From contig OZ024759.1 in assembly GCA_964016885.1 (NCBI GenBank), positions 26,784,001-26,848,000 on the forward strand: a stretch of 64,000 bases of DNA, read 5' to 3'. A program made the position numbers and the translations under genes. How positions within the stretch are numbered: the stretch's first letter is position 1; every line of letters begins with the position of its first letter. Positions 49,958 to 64,000 of this stretch are shown one piece after another. The stretch comes from Eledone cirrhosa. Lineage: Eukaryota. The notes beneath the pieces are model-generated. The model ran no database searches. It was not told the DNA's origin and worked only from the letters and a program-made list of their open reading frames with translations.

Positions 49958-51435
49958 ATATACATAAACAAGACTGTTATTGCTCCAACCAGTCTATTTA
50001 CCTTTCATAACTATCCTAAATATAAATACACCTATACCATACATACATATATCATATATGTTTTTGATGCCGTGGTATAGCAGAGATAAGCAAGAAGAGA
50101 AAAGAAAATGAAAAGGAGAAAAAAAAAAGAAGTAAGAAGTCGGGGGAGGGACAGACACTTCACCCCAGTCTAAGTGGTCCCTCAGCCGCAACCTGTGGAA
50201 GAAACGTAAAAGCGTTACCTCGGAGCAAGGCCAGAGACACCTGCTACAATAGTCGCCCCTCCTCATGAGGCTCCTGTCGTCTTTCCTCCCGACTTTATGG
50301 AGGAAATCAGCAGTACAGGGACCAAGTATGGCAGAGGTCTCAATGGAGTGGAAGAGGTGAGTCAGGCCTTGGTACTATCTTACTATCCTCTGCATTGCGG
50401 GGTGTGGAGCCTAGGTTTGTGGCTGTAGCTATATTTGAACTTTTATATGAAATTTCAGTTTTATTTTTTTCACATCATAAAACTTAATCTTAGTCTTTTG
50501 CAGCTCATCTTGTTTCATCTCGCAGCACACGATTTGGGAACCACTGCTCTAGAGATAGAAAAAGTATATTTTATGCAGGGCTTCCCTGAGACATAAAAAC
50601 TATTTCAAGAGATCGACATGGGTAGAAAGGTTGAGAAATGCTGCACAATGTTCTTTGGTTTTTGTTCACCTTTAAATAATCATGTATAAAATATCGGGTG
50701 TGCAAGATTTCATGAAAAGGTATAACATTATTTATGTTGATCTTGCAGGGACTAGCTCCAATTGAGAGTTGTACCAATTCCCACTAAACTCGAAACTCCT
50801 GGACAATATATACATATCTTTATAAGTTCCTGTGTATTGTGTCGTTGTATAATGAAACATAAATATATACCATGCATGTCAGTCAGATTTGAACTCACTA
50901 TATTTGGCGTTTTATAGATATAATTTGTTTGTTAAAACAATTGATTAAATAATAACTAAATAAAATTAATTCTACAATCCTGGATAGGGACTGAACTTAT
51001 AACTTCATAATAGAAGCCATCTATTCGAGCAGTATTGCCATCTAAGCCACCAGGTTACTTACGGAACTTCATTCAAATATAAAATATAAAATATATGCCA
51101 GACATAGTGAGTTCGAATCTGACTGATTAGTTGGTCATTGTTCCAGCCAACAGTTTAAATCGCCAACCAGTAGGTGACATCGACTAGGTTGGGAAAACTT
51201 GGTTAAGTAGCTCCAGTTATTGCTACGTTAGACATATTCAAGACTTATCGACACCGAATGGAAGAAAGGTAAAGTTGAACTCAGAGTAAAGAACTGGAAA
51301 AATACTGCAAAGAATTCTATCTGATGTTCTAACAATTCTACCAAATTACCTTATGTATATATATTTATATCTAGAGATAAGAAGAAAACTGAAAGAAAGA
51401 AAAGAAAAAAAATGAGTCCTTATATGTAACCCATG

Positions 51436-52054
51436 TTACAACTCAATATATATATATTTGGGTTGTAACATATTCCCGCCGGTGAAGTAAAAATTTTAAT
51501 AGAAAAACGGCGGGAATATATGTTACAACCCAATCTATATATATTTGAGTTGTAACATATATTCCCGCCGTTGAAATAAAAATGTTAATAGAAAAACGGC
51601 GGGAATATATGTTACAATCCAATCTACATATATTTGGGTTGTAACATATATTCCCGCCGTTGAAATAAAAATTTTAATAGAAAAACGGCGGGAATATATG
51701 TTACAACCCAATCTATATATATTTGGGTTGTAACATATATTCCCGCCGTTTTTCTATTAAAATGTTTATTTCAACGGCGGGAATATATGTTACAACCCAA
51801 ATATATGTAGATTGGGTTGTAACATATATTCCCGCCGTTTTTCTATTAAAATTTTTATTTCAACGGCGGGAATATATGTTACAACCCAAATATATATAGT
51901 TTCGTTGTAACATATATTCCCGCCGTTTTTCTATTAAAATTTTTATTTCAACGGCGGGAATATATGTTACAACCCAAATATATATAGATTGGGTTGTAAC
52001 ATATATTCCCGCCGTTTTTCTATTAAAATTTTTATTACAACGGCGGGAATATAT
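51436..52054. repeat. 89-bp palindromic array, ~7 units
   Basis: Same unit and junctions as 45789-47030. Confidence 0.95.
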
Positions 52055-52428
52055 ACCCTGAGAGACTGAGAAATCTCTTTCAAAGAGATTTCTCAGTCTC
52101 TCAGGGTATATTTGCAATGGTGGCAACACAACCTTTCCTTTAGTACAACAGTTACAATTTTCATTTCTAAATTTCAAAGCTCCACAGTGATCACACGAAA
52201 CATTCATATCACTAATATGAAATTCTTCTACATTTCCATTAATATTAATTGTTGGCCAATTTCTCTTACGACGCTCATTATCCATTCTTCTCAGTCTGAA
52301 TGTTTTCCATTCTAAGTCTATTTGCATGGAATAATTATATTCTGTTGTTTATTATGTAATTAAATAGCTCTGTACAATACATAGAGCATTCTTCTTTTCT
52401 TTACCTTTTCTATGGAAATACAAGAACA

Positions 52429-52481
<53 letters not shown>

Positions 52482-55029
52482 ATATACATAAACAAGACTG
52501 TTATTGCTCCAACCAGTCTATTTACCTTTGATAACTATCCTAAATATAAATACACCTATACCATACATACATATATCATATATGTTTTTGATGCCGTGGT
52601 ATAGCAGAGATAAGCAAGAAGAGAAAAGATAATGAAAATGAGAAAAAAAAAGAAGTAAGAAGTCGGGGGAGGGACAGACACTTCACTCCTGTCGTCTTTC
52701 CTGCCGACTTTATGGAGGAAATCAGCAGTACAGGGACCAAGTATGGCAGAGGTCTCAATGGAGTGGAAGAGGTGAGTCAGGCCTTGGTACTATCTTACTA
52801 TCCTTTGCATTGCGGGGTGTGGAGCCTAGGTTTGTGGCTGTAGCTATATTTGAATTTTTATATGAAATTTCAGTTTTATATTTTTCACATCTTAAAACTT
52901 AATCTTAGTCTTTTGCAGCTCATCTTGTTTCATCTCGCAGCACACGATTTGGGAACCACTGCTCTAGAGTTAGAAAAAGTATATTTTATGCAGGGCTTCC
53001 CTGAGACATAAAAACTATTTCAAGAGATCGACATGGGTAGAAAGGTTGAGAAATGCTGCACAATGTTCTTTGGTTTTTGTTCACCTTTAAATAATCATGT
53101 ATAAAATATCGGGTGTGCAAGATTTCATGAAAAGGTATAACATTATTTATGCTGATCTTGCAGGAACTAGCTCCAATTGAGAGTTGTACCAATTCCCACT
53201 AAACTCGAAACTCCTGGACAATATATACATATCTTTATAAGTTCCTGTGTATTGTGTCGTTGTATAATGAAACATAAATATATACCATGCATGTCAGTCA
53301 GATTTGAACTCACTATATTTGGCGTTTTATAGATATAATTTGTTTGTTAAAACAATTGATTAAATAATAACTAAATAAAATTAATTCTACAATCCTGGAT
53401 AGGGAATGAACTTATAACTTCATAATAGAAGCCATCTATTCGAGCAGTATTGCCATCTAAGCCACCAGGTTACTTACAGAACTTCATTCAAATATAAAAT
53501 ATAAAATATATGCCAGACATAGTGAGTTCGAATCTGACTGATTAGTTGGTCATTGTCCCAGCCAACAGTTTAAATCGCCAACCAGTAGGTGACATCGACT
53601 AGGTTGGGAAAACTTGGTTAAGTAGCTCCAATTATTGCTACGTTAGACATATTCAAGACTTATCGACACCGAATGGAAGAAAGGTAAAGTTGAACTCAGA
53701 GTAAAGAACTGGAAAAATACTGCAAAGAATTCTATCTGATGTTCTAACAATTCTACCAAATTACCTTATGTATATATATTTATATCTAGAGATAAGAAGA
53801 AAATGAGACCTTATATGTAACCCATGACCGGGATTGAAACCGAAACCAGGACTACCACCATCTCTGGTATCACCCACCAGACCACCATGAAAGATACAAA
53901 AATCTGCTTTTTTAATATTTATAAGCCTACTTTCAATATTAAAGTAATTAACATGTGGTGTTGTTCATGCCTTTCTCTATGTTATTGATAAAAAATAAAG
54001 TATTTAAACCTCAAATTTTGTTATTCAAATATGCTTGCTTATGTAATTATAAATGTCGCAGAATACACACACATATATAGATGTGAAAATATTCAGGACC
54101 CCAACGGCTGTGCTACTGCCGTTTCGACATCTATATATATATCTTTTAGTCCTAGGCTCTTTCAGCGCAGAAAGAATTCTCCAATGATCACAATCAGCTA
54201 ATGGTGCCCAGTGGAAGCACTTTAGTCTAATTATAACCCCAACGATCACGATTAGCGGCGGCTTTTTCGAGTCTGAGGTTGACTGCCAGATATATATATA
54301 TATATTTTTATACTTTGCTAGAATCCCGGAGAACAACAGAAAGATGCTGAGTTCAGAGTTTAAAAAACATGTCCCCTTTAATATAAAAACAATCCGAGTC
54401 TTGTAAAAGTGTTATTACTGTAATATAAAGTAGAAACCCTTTATTTAAACAAAGCTGCGATGCAGCGATCATCAAAGCAAACCCCAAAATGTAAACAAAC
54501 TTCTCGCAGGTGCTGCCAGATACACGATAACATGTGTATACGAAGTGTAACAGGGAGTTGGGTCGTATTATATGACTTTCAAATTGACCCCTATTATATT
54601 CAAATTATCCCCTGTGGGGCGTGCACCCCACGTTGAGAATCCCTCATAAATAAATATATGTGAGTGTGTTGCTATGACTGCTATTTCTAGCAGGTTTACT
54701 GCAGTCCTGTAGACGCACAACAAAAACCGGAAGTGGCAGCCATTAAAAAACTTTGGCTTAAAATCAGCCAAAAGATTTTCAATAATAGTAAAATTTTATT
54801 TTTGACAAGGACGATAACTTTTGTCTTACTTAATCGCAAAAATCGAGGCAAAAATTTTGAGGGTGTGCAGTTTACACGCTAAAAATAAACCTGCTAGAAA
54901 TAGCAGTCATAGCAACTCACTTACATATATTTATATATCATATATATATATATATGATATATATATGGACACTTTAGAAATAGCAGCGAATAACAGAAAG
55001 GACACACACACACACACATATATATATAT

Positions 55030-55076
<47 letters not shown>

Positions 55077-55488
55077 TATATATATATGCCCCAGCATACA
55101 CACACACACACACATATATATACATATATATATGCCCCAGCATGGTCTTGGACGATCGTCTAACTAAGGCCAATAATAAAATACTTCAAAATAAATTAAA
55201 CACTACTAAATCCGGGGTTACAACTTGGATTACTTAAAAGTCAGTAAAGCTGTAAAGATTCTATATTGTAAATAGGTGGTCGCATGTTCGAATCCGGGCA
55301 AATCCCGAGAAAAATAACAAAAAGAAGGACAATGTAAAAATAGCAGCCATAGACGAGAGGAGGACACACACACAAACACACACACATGTATATATATATA
55401 TATGTGTGTCTGTGTATGTGTTTGGCTGCTATATATATATATAGCGGTCAACACACACACACGTACATATATAAGTGTGTGTGTTTGG

Positions 55489-55522
<34 letters not shown>

Positions 55523-56658
55523 ATATAAATATATGTGAGTTGCTATGACTGCTATTTCTAGCAGGTTTATTTTAGCGTGTAAACTGCACACCCGCAAAAT
55601 TTTTGCCTCGATTTTTGCGATTAAGTAAGACAAAAGTTATCGTCCTTGTCAAAAATAAAATTTTACTATTATTGAAAATCTTTTGGCTGATTTTAAGCCA
55701 AAGTTTTTTAATGGCTGCCACTTCCGGTTTTTGTTGTGCGTCTACAGGACAGCCATAAACCTACTAGAAATAGCAGTCATAACAACACACTTATGTATAT
55801 TTATATATCAGGGATTCTCAACGAAGGGTACACGCCCCACAGGGGGCAATTTGAATTTAATAGGGGCCAATTAGAAAGTGATATAATACGATCAAACTTC
55901 CAGTTACACTTTGTTCACATGTTATCCTGTATCTGGCAGCAGCTACGAGAAGTTTGTTTATATTTTGAAGTTTGTTTTGATCATCGCGGCATCGTAGCTT
56001 TGTTTAATTAAAGCATTTCTACTTTATATTACAGTAGTAACACTTTTACAAGACTCGGTTTATTTCTATATTAAAAGGGAACATAAACCTAATTTTTAAA
56101 CGTTGAGGTGGGGCATGGAGCAAAAAAGGTTTGGAACTACTGAAGACAACGAATCATCGTTTTTATTAATGTAAACAAACTTCTCGCAGGTGCTGCCAGA
56201 TACACGATAACATGTGTATACGAAGTGTAACAGGGAGTTGGGTCGTATTATATGACTTTCAAATTGACCCCTATTATATTCAAATTATCCCCTGTGGGGC
56301 GTGCACCCCACGTTGAGAATCCCTCATAAATAAATATATGTGAGTGTGTTGCTATGACTGCTATTTCTAGCAGGTTTACTGCAGTCCTGTAGGCGCACAA
56401 CAAAAACCGGAAGTGGCAGCCATTAAAAAACTTTGGCTTAAAATCAGGCAAAAGTTTTTTAACAATTTGCCAAGAAAGATAACTCTTGTCTTACTTAATC
56501 GCAAAAATCGAGGCAAAAATTTTGCGGGTGTGCAGTTTGTTTGGTGTATTTGACTGCTATTTCTAGCATATATGGACACTTTAGAAATAGCAGCGAAACA
56601 CGGGAAACATAAGAAAGAAGGTCACACACGTATATATATATATATATAATTATGTATC

Positions 56659-56689
<31 letters not shown>

Positions 56690-58208
56690 GCACAGATATA
56701 TACATTTAAATATATATATTTATATATACATACACGCGCGCACACACACCTATACGTAGATATTGGTGTGTGTATAGCTGGTATATATATATATGTATGG
56801 GTGAGTGTATAGCTGGTATATATATATATATAGGTGTGTGTCCTTCTTTCTGCTGTTTTCCGTTTTTCGCTGCTATTTCTAAAGTGTCCATACATGCTAG
56901 AAATAGCAGTCATAGAAACACACTCACATATATTTATTTATGAGGGATTCTCAACGTGGGGTGCACGCCCCACAGGGGATAATTTGAATATCCCCCTCTT
57001 TATATCAATTAGCACTAACTCTCTCCCTCTCTATATCTATTACACGGCACTCTCTTCCAATACCCCTCTCTATATGAAGTAACACCAAACTCTCCCCCTC
57101 TCTATATATTAAGCACTAAGTCAGGAATTTTTTTCTTCTTTCGTGCAGAGAGAGTAAAGTTGATTAAATCTACTGCAGTGAATTACTGGTATTTTATTTA
57201 ATAAAAATTAAAATTTACTATTTGTCTTCGTTTAATTTTCGTTTTTCTTTACATAGTTTCGTTTCGTTAAATGTCTCCAGAATTTGTTTTTACTTTTACC
57301 GGATATTGAAGGTGTAAACTTGGTGTTGTCTAGAAACGTGTTAGAAATATTTTTCTTTTAATTGTGAAGAATTTAACCGCAAAGTAAGTTTTTTTTACTG
57401 TTTATTTGTGGCTGGGACAACGTATGGTATGTGTTAATGTAAATGGTGAAGGTTTAAAGATTCTTTTTACAACTGAAAATCGGTTTGTTGTTGCTGCTAA
57501 TTACTTAACGCATGGAATAGATTAAAAAAATACAGGATTGTTTCTCGGAAGAGAGGAAGAAGAAACAAATCACAGAAGCGGGTAGCACACACATTTGGGA
57601 CCACATACAACACAAAAACAGGTAATCCACACATCTGGGACCACATACAACACACCAGCAGGTAATACATACATCTAGGACCACATAAGCAGGTAATACA
57701 CACATCTAGGACCACATACAACACACAAGCAGGTAATACCCACATCTAGGACGACATACAACCAAAGGCAGGCGAAAGGGGTGGACAAACGAGCTGCTAC
57801 TAGATCAAAAGATAACAGTATCGCGAGGAGCACTGGGAAACCTCTCTAATGATTTTTTAGGCAAGCCAGCACGTCTGCAGCGTTACCTCGGGCGATGGCG
57901 AGGCTGAGGAGCTGGAACAACCAAGTGCCCTCACGAGCTTCACCAGTCACCTTCGTCAGGCTAGCCGCCAGTGAAGATAGGAATCTCGCAGTCAGTATCC
58001 CGACTCCCCCAAACGCCACAGGCTGGAAAATGTAGTTGGCCGACAGATCACAGTATTACTTAACAGTGATAGATATTCTGTCTAAAGGAGGGGCGTACAA
58101 CAGGCGGCCCGCGGGCCACAATCGAGCCCACCTGACCAGTCAGAGTGGCCCGCAATGACTCTTGTAGGCTTATTTAGAATTTTTTCCATACCCGTAATAC
58201 TTCTGTTA

Positions 58209-58850
58209 GTTGACCTATACTAAAGGACTTCACTGATAGGGTTATATGTGTTATAATTTCCCAGTTGACCTATACTAAAGGACTTCACTGATAGGGTTAT
58301 ATGTGTTATAGTTTCCCAGTTGACCTATACTAAAGGACTTCACTGATAGGGTTATATGTGTTATAGTTTCCCAGTTGACCTATACTAAAGGACTTCACTG
58401 ATAGGGTTATATGTGTTATAATTTCCCAGTTGACCTATACTAAAGGACTTCACTGATAGGGTTATATGTGTTATAGTTTCCCAGTTGACCTATACTAAAG
58501 GGCTTCACTGATAGAGTTATATGTGTTATAGTTTCCCAGAGGGCTTCACTGATAGGGTTATATGTGTTATAGTTTCCCAGTTGACCTATACTAAATGACT
58601 TCACTGATAGGGTTATATGTGTTATAGTTTCCCAGTTGACCTATACTAAAGGACTTCACTGATAGGGTTATATGTGTTATAGTTTCCCAGTTGACCTATA
58701 CTAAAGGACTTCACTGATAGGGTTATATGTGTTATAGTTTCCCAGTTGACCTATACTAAAGGACTTCACTGATAGGGTTATATGTGTTATAGTTTCCCAG
58801 TTGACCTATACTAAAGGGCTTCACTGATAGAGTTATATGTGTTATAGTTT
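58209..58850. repeat. 55-bp minisatellite, 11 full + 1 truncated units
   Basis: Same unit as at 12605. Confidence 0.95.
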
Positions 58851-59422
58851 GAAACAAACTACCCGCATCAGTTATTATACTTTTATAACACCGCTATATT
58901 ACCTACATGAAAGAGGTAAATATTTATTTCTCTTGTCTTCTTAAATGTATAGAACATTTTTCTTATATATATTCTTAACATAGCTAGGACCGTTTATTAT
59001 TTACTAGTCTCTACTCCTAGGACTTTGCTGGTCTCATGTCCCCTCCATCAACACACACTCGGTAGAAAGCTGGTCGTCGGAGGTAAAGTGGCCCTGATTA
59101 CAGGTCTAGTATTGAAGCCTTTCGGCTTGAGCCTTGCTGATGCCGACAGAGTTCCTGTGGTAGTTTTGGTAGCACAGCTGACATTTTATTGTGTTTAGGT
59201 ACCGGCTAGTGCGGACACAGAGAGCACAACCAGGTGGTGAGCTGGCAACGACCAAGTGTAGAGGGCCAGCTTTGAAATTCGAGCGACGGAGTGAACTAGT
59301 AAAAGAGGCAGGGTAAGCAGCATTGGTTCTAACGGTGGGACTAGAACGGATGTTGGGTGGTGCTGGGGGTGGGCTAACAGCTAAAAGTTGTAGGAGTGGT
59401 GGGGGTTTGCTAGGATTAATTT

Positions 59423-61774
59423 TTACATCTGTCTGTGAACTCTTGAAAAAGCAACATACAATTGTCCAGGGTTAAATACTTGCTCAGGGAGGAACAGACC
59501 CACTTTATCATGTATTTGACCATGGTTCTTGTTGATTGTCATGGCATATGACAGTCTTAATGGAAACTGGGGTCTTTCCAAAGTAAAAAGGATGTTGGCA
59601 CCACTGGGGGCTAACTTCAGTCTTGGGATCAAAACACACCTGCCCATCAAAGGACCATAGATATGAGAAGCTTTGATAAAATGTTTATGCAGTTCTACTA
59701 CTTCTAATCTTGTGCCATTACATAATCTGTTCTGGATTGAAATATTCCATAGAAGCATTAGTATTGATCCTGCTTTTAATTGGAGTTTGTGAGGCGGCAT
59801 CCCAGAAGGTGTAAGCAAGTTCATTTAGCTTGAACCAGGCAGCAAGGGTCCCTGCATTTCTACCACAACCTGAGCATTGCCTCTTTGAAAGTAAACTCTG
59901 TTTGTTCTCCAGGTGTGTGGCTAGGCTGTATAATGTATGTGATGTACCATGAAGCTTAAATTCGGAGAGACACGACACTGCTTCTGGCTGAGACACATAC
60001 CTGCAACAAAGATAGGTTCTTATTTCATCATGGTTGTGTTGGTTCTGAGCCTCATTAGGTAATGCATTATTCGTTACTTCTATAGATGTACAATCATGCC
60101 CCATGTAACATATTTAAAGAGGTACTTGACACTTTTTACAGAAGCGCAAACTTCAACATTAATATGTGCACAATATTTCTTAAGCAAAAAGGCATTAAAT
60201 GGCACAACATTCCTGTTATCTACTGAATGTCATCCAATTTACACTGCAGTTCCTGTCTTGCACCTCCTGTACTCTGGGTATCCATTTAGGTTCAATAATG
60301 TTTCCCTTCTGTAGGTTTTTGGATAGTTCTTTTGGAAAAATCCATTTTGTATAAATGGGGGAAAAGGGTTTCCAGAACCACATGGCCCGTGGATCATAAA
60401 CTTTTAAACCTGCTCATATAGTACTTGATCATCTTCCAATGCAGGTATTTCTGCTGACACGATTCTGTCAATGTCTTCTCTGTTTCTTATCTTGTCTTCA
60501 TTTCTTAAGGCTCAGTGTTATCATCTGTTTAGATAATTCATTAAACCATTATACTCATCCACTCACAATTGGGCTTGATTGTTCCTCAAATATTGAAGCC
60601 TGCATCCCTCTACTTTCATATATGCTTCCACTAAATACTGCTAAAATAATTTACCTGCCCTATATATCGCACTAAATCCTCCTCTATATGCTATACTGTA
60701 TATGTAATACTCCTGCATTGTCAGTCTATTGCAAACACAGGTCCTGCATTCCTCTCCATGTCACTATGCCACCAAAATTCACCATTATGGGTCGGTCATG
60801 AGGTCCAAGTGGCATGAATTATGTGATATTTTCTGAGGAGGATGGTCTTTAGGAAAGATGATAATATCTCTTTGTACAGGTGGTCTGCCCTCAATCCCCC
60901 ACAAAACAACAGCTATCATTACTAGTTGGTAAATTATAGCAGCTCATATCTGATCCTCTTCTAAATCTTAATTCACAGTTCTGTACACGACAATGTTCTC
61001 TTCTTGCACTTTGCTGTTTGATGCCATGCATTGTATTGTACAATTCACATATGGATTACATTCATGCAACACCTCTCTTATCATAGCCATTTTTTGTGGT
61101 GAGCACTCATTATTTGTTGGTACTAGGGCGGTGGATTGGCAGTATCGGTAGAGCGTCAGACACCATGCTTTGCAGCATAGGGTTATGGCCCTTTACGTTC
61201 TGGGTTCAAATCCCTCCAAGGTTGACTTTGTTTTCATCCTTATGAGGTCGATAGAATAAAGTACCAGTAATTGCTGGCCTTGTGCCAGAAACAATTATTT
61301 GGTCGTACTTCCAATCTGTGCTACACACCTTCGTACCCATCAATAATATATAACTGGCCATATTGTGGTGTATTTTCTGCAGGTTACAGAGGTGGGGGTG
61401 TAGTGATATGTTTGACCCTGAAAATGAAAGCTATACGGGCCTCTGCCGGGTGGTAACACCAAATGAAGTGAAATAAATGTAGTTTTAATTGCAGACGTTT
61501 CTGTGAAATCAACTGCTTCCTGGCCTCTTTCAAAGAGATTTCTCAGTCTCTCGGGGTATATTTGCAATGGTGGCAACACAGCCTTTCCTTTATTACAACA
61601 GTTATTTTCATTTCTAAATTTCAAAGCTTCACAGTGATCACACGAAACATTCATATCACTAATATGAAATTCTTCTAGATTTCCATTAATATTAATTGTT
61701 GGCCAATTTCTCTTATGACGCTCATTATCCATTCTTCTCTGTCTGAATGTTTTCCATTCTAAGTCTATTTGCAT
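59423..61774 (-). mobile_element. Helitron pseudogene copy (duplicate of copy 3)
   Basis: ORF 59423-59824 is identical in translation to 25675-26076. Confidence 0.93.
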
Positions 61775-61875
61775 GGAATAATTATATTCTGTTGTTTATT
61801 ATGTAATTAAATAGCTCTGTACAATACATAGAGCATTCTTCTTTTCTTTACCTTTTCTATAGAAATACAAGAACA

Positions 61876-61944
<69 letters not shown>

Positions 61945-61984
61945 GTGTGTATATACATAAACAAGACTGTTATTACTCCAACCA

Positions 61985-64000
61985 GATGAAACTCTGTCAT
62001 GTAATGTTATCGACATATCTGCCCTTGGGACTAATAATTGTCATGTAATGTTATGGACATCTCTGCCCCTGTGGCTAATAATTCTGTCATGTAATGTTAT
62101 GGACATCTCTGCCCCTGTGGCTAATAATTCTGTCATGTAATGTTATGGACATCTCTGCCCCTGTGGTTAATAATTCTGAGAGAGATAAAACAAGTGAGGG
62201 ATTAGAGTGTTGAAACAAGAGAGAGAGAGGAAGAGAGAGAGAGAGCGAGATGAAATGAGACAGGGTGAGCGAGATGAAACGCGACAGTGAGAGAAGCGAT
62301 ATGAAACGAGAGAGTGAGAGCGAGATGAAACGAGAGAGAGAGCGAGATGAAACGAGACAGAGAGAGCGAGATGTAATGAGAGAGAGAGAGAGAGAGCGGG
62401 ATGGAACGAGACAGAGAGGAAACGAGAGAGAGAGGAAACGAGAGTGAGGAAACGAGAGTAGAGAGCGAGATGAAACAGGAGAGAGAGAGCGAGATGAAAC
62501 GAGAGGGAGAGAGAGATGAAACGAGGGAGATAGAGATGAAACGAGAGAGAGGAAGAGAGAGATGGAACGAGAGAGAGGAAGACAGAGATGAAACGAGAGA
62601 GAGAGAGAGATGAAACGAGAGAGAGAGAGCGCGAGATGAAACGAGAGAAAGAGAGCGCGAGATGAAACGACAGAGAGAGAGAGAGATGAAAGGAGGGAGA
62701 TAGAGATGAAACGAGAGAGAGGAAGAGAGAGATGGAACGAGCGAGAGGAAGAGAGAGATGGAACGAGAGAGAGGAAGACAGAGATGAAACGAGAGAGAGC
62801 GAGATGAAACGAGAGAGAGAGAGAGAGCGAGATGAAACGAGAGAGAGGAAGAGAGAGAGCGCCAGATGAAACTCTGTCATGTAATGTTATGGACATATCT
62901 GCCCTTGGGGCTAATAATTGTCATGTAATGTTATGGACATCTCTGCCCCTGTGGCTAATAATTCTGTCATGTAATGTTATGGACATCTCTGCCCCTGTGG
63001 CTAATAATTCTTTCATGTAATGTTATGGACATCTCGGCCCCTGTGGCTAATAATTCTGACATGTAATGTTATGGACATCTCTGCCCCTGTGGCTAATAAT
63101 TCTGACATGTAATGTTATGGACATCTCTGCCCCTGTGGCTAATAATTCTGTCATGTAATGTTATGGACATCTCTGCCCCTGTGGCTAATAATTCTGCCAT
63201 GTAATGTTATGGACATCTCTGCCCCTGTGGCTAATAATTCTGCCATGTAATGTTATGGACATCTCTGCCCCTGTGGCTAATAATTCTGACATGTAATGTT
63301 ATGGACATCTCTGCCCCTGTGGCTAATAATTCTGAGAGAGATGAAACAAGTGAGGGATTAGAGAGAGATAAAACAAGTGAGGGATTAGAGTGTTGAAACA
63401 AGAGAGAGAGAGGAAGAGAGATAGAGAGCGAGATGAAATGAGACAGGGAGAGCGAGATGAAACACGACAGTGAGAGAAGCGAGATGAAACGAGAGAGTGA
63501 GAGCGAGATGAAACGAGAGAGAGAGAGAGCGAGATGAAACGAGACAGAGAGAGCGAGATGTAATGAGAGAGAGAGAGAGCGGGATGGAACGAGACAGAGA
63601 GGAAACGAGAGAGAGGAAACGAGAGTAGAGAGCGAGATGAAACGAGAGGGAGAGAGAGATGAAACGAGAGAGCGAGAGAGAGATGAAACGAGGGAGATAG
63701 AGATGAAACGAGAGAGAGAAAGAGAGAGATGGAACGAGAGAGAGGAAGAAAGAGATGAAACGAGAGAGAGAGAGAGCGAGATGAAACGAGAGAGAGAGAG
63801 CGCGAGATGAAACGAGAGAGAGAGAGCGCGAGATGAAACGAGAGAGAGAGAGCGCGAGATGAAACGATAGAGAGAGAGACAGATAAAAGGAGGGAGATAG
63901 AGATGAAACGAGAGAGAGGAAGATAGAGATGGAACGAGAGAGAGCAAGAGAGAGATGGAACGAGAGAGAGGAAGACAGAGATGAAACGAGAGAGAGAGAG
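61985..64000. repeat. Start of a second 46-bp/GA modular satellite block (runs off window)
   Basis: Same junction CTCCAACCAG|ATGAAACTCTG as at 28210, followed by the same modules. Confidence 0.92.

Larger units (their letters stand above)
52300..64000. repeat. Segmental duplicate of ~18.5-30.2 kb (offset ~33.75-33.85 kb)
   Basis: Collinear ORF pairs 19133/52986, 20754/54568, 22428/56248, 25675/59423, 27592/61340. They share a ~118-bp deletion and the CCAG satellite junction. Confidence 0.92.

Noticed and set aside
52300-64000. 33.8-kb duplication as a pure assembly artefact
   Set aside because: The copies differ in VNTR count, small indels (e.g. ~53803), SNPs and GA-block structure, so it is not an exact copy. 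An allelic haplotype mis-join cannot be fully excluded without reads.

Overview
AT-rich, microsatellite-laden eukaryotic repeat DNA with no intact host gene. The tRNA-derived SINE resembles octopus/cephalopod SINEs; that taxon call is from recollection and was not searched. Bases 1-3.5 kb hold a decayed RTE-clade LINE, a piggyBac-like MITE and tRNA-SINE remnants. From ~3.55 kb to the end the window is a nested tandem amplification of a ~9.5-12 kb composite unit. The unit is built around an internally deleted, minus-strand Helitron Rep/Pif1 pseudogene. It also carries a SINE, a decayed PHD finger, CRE-like LINE endonuclease-domain fragments, long inverted-repeat elements and a 55-bp VNTR. Three structures are superimposed on this. 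(i) A ~14-kb fold-back block (28.2-42.5 kb) of alternating 46-bp minisatellite and GATGAAAC-punctuated (GA)n modules flips orientation at ~37,297. (ii) Three ~2.5-kb repeats (44-52 kb) carry arrays of an 89-bp hairpin unit joined to the Helitron by a de novo snap-back palindrome. (iii) A ~33.8-kb higher-order duplication links ~18.5-30 kb to ~52.3-64 kb. Most long ORFs in the track (Ser/Leu- or Glu/Arg-rich) are low-complexity artefacts. I found no convincing novel protein-coding system; the notable signal is the repeated palindrome/fold-back architecture.
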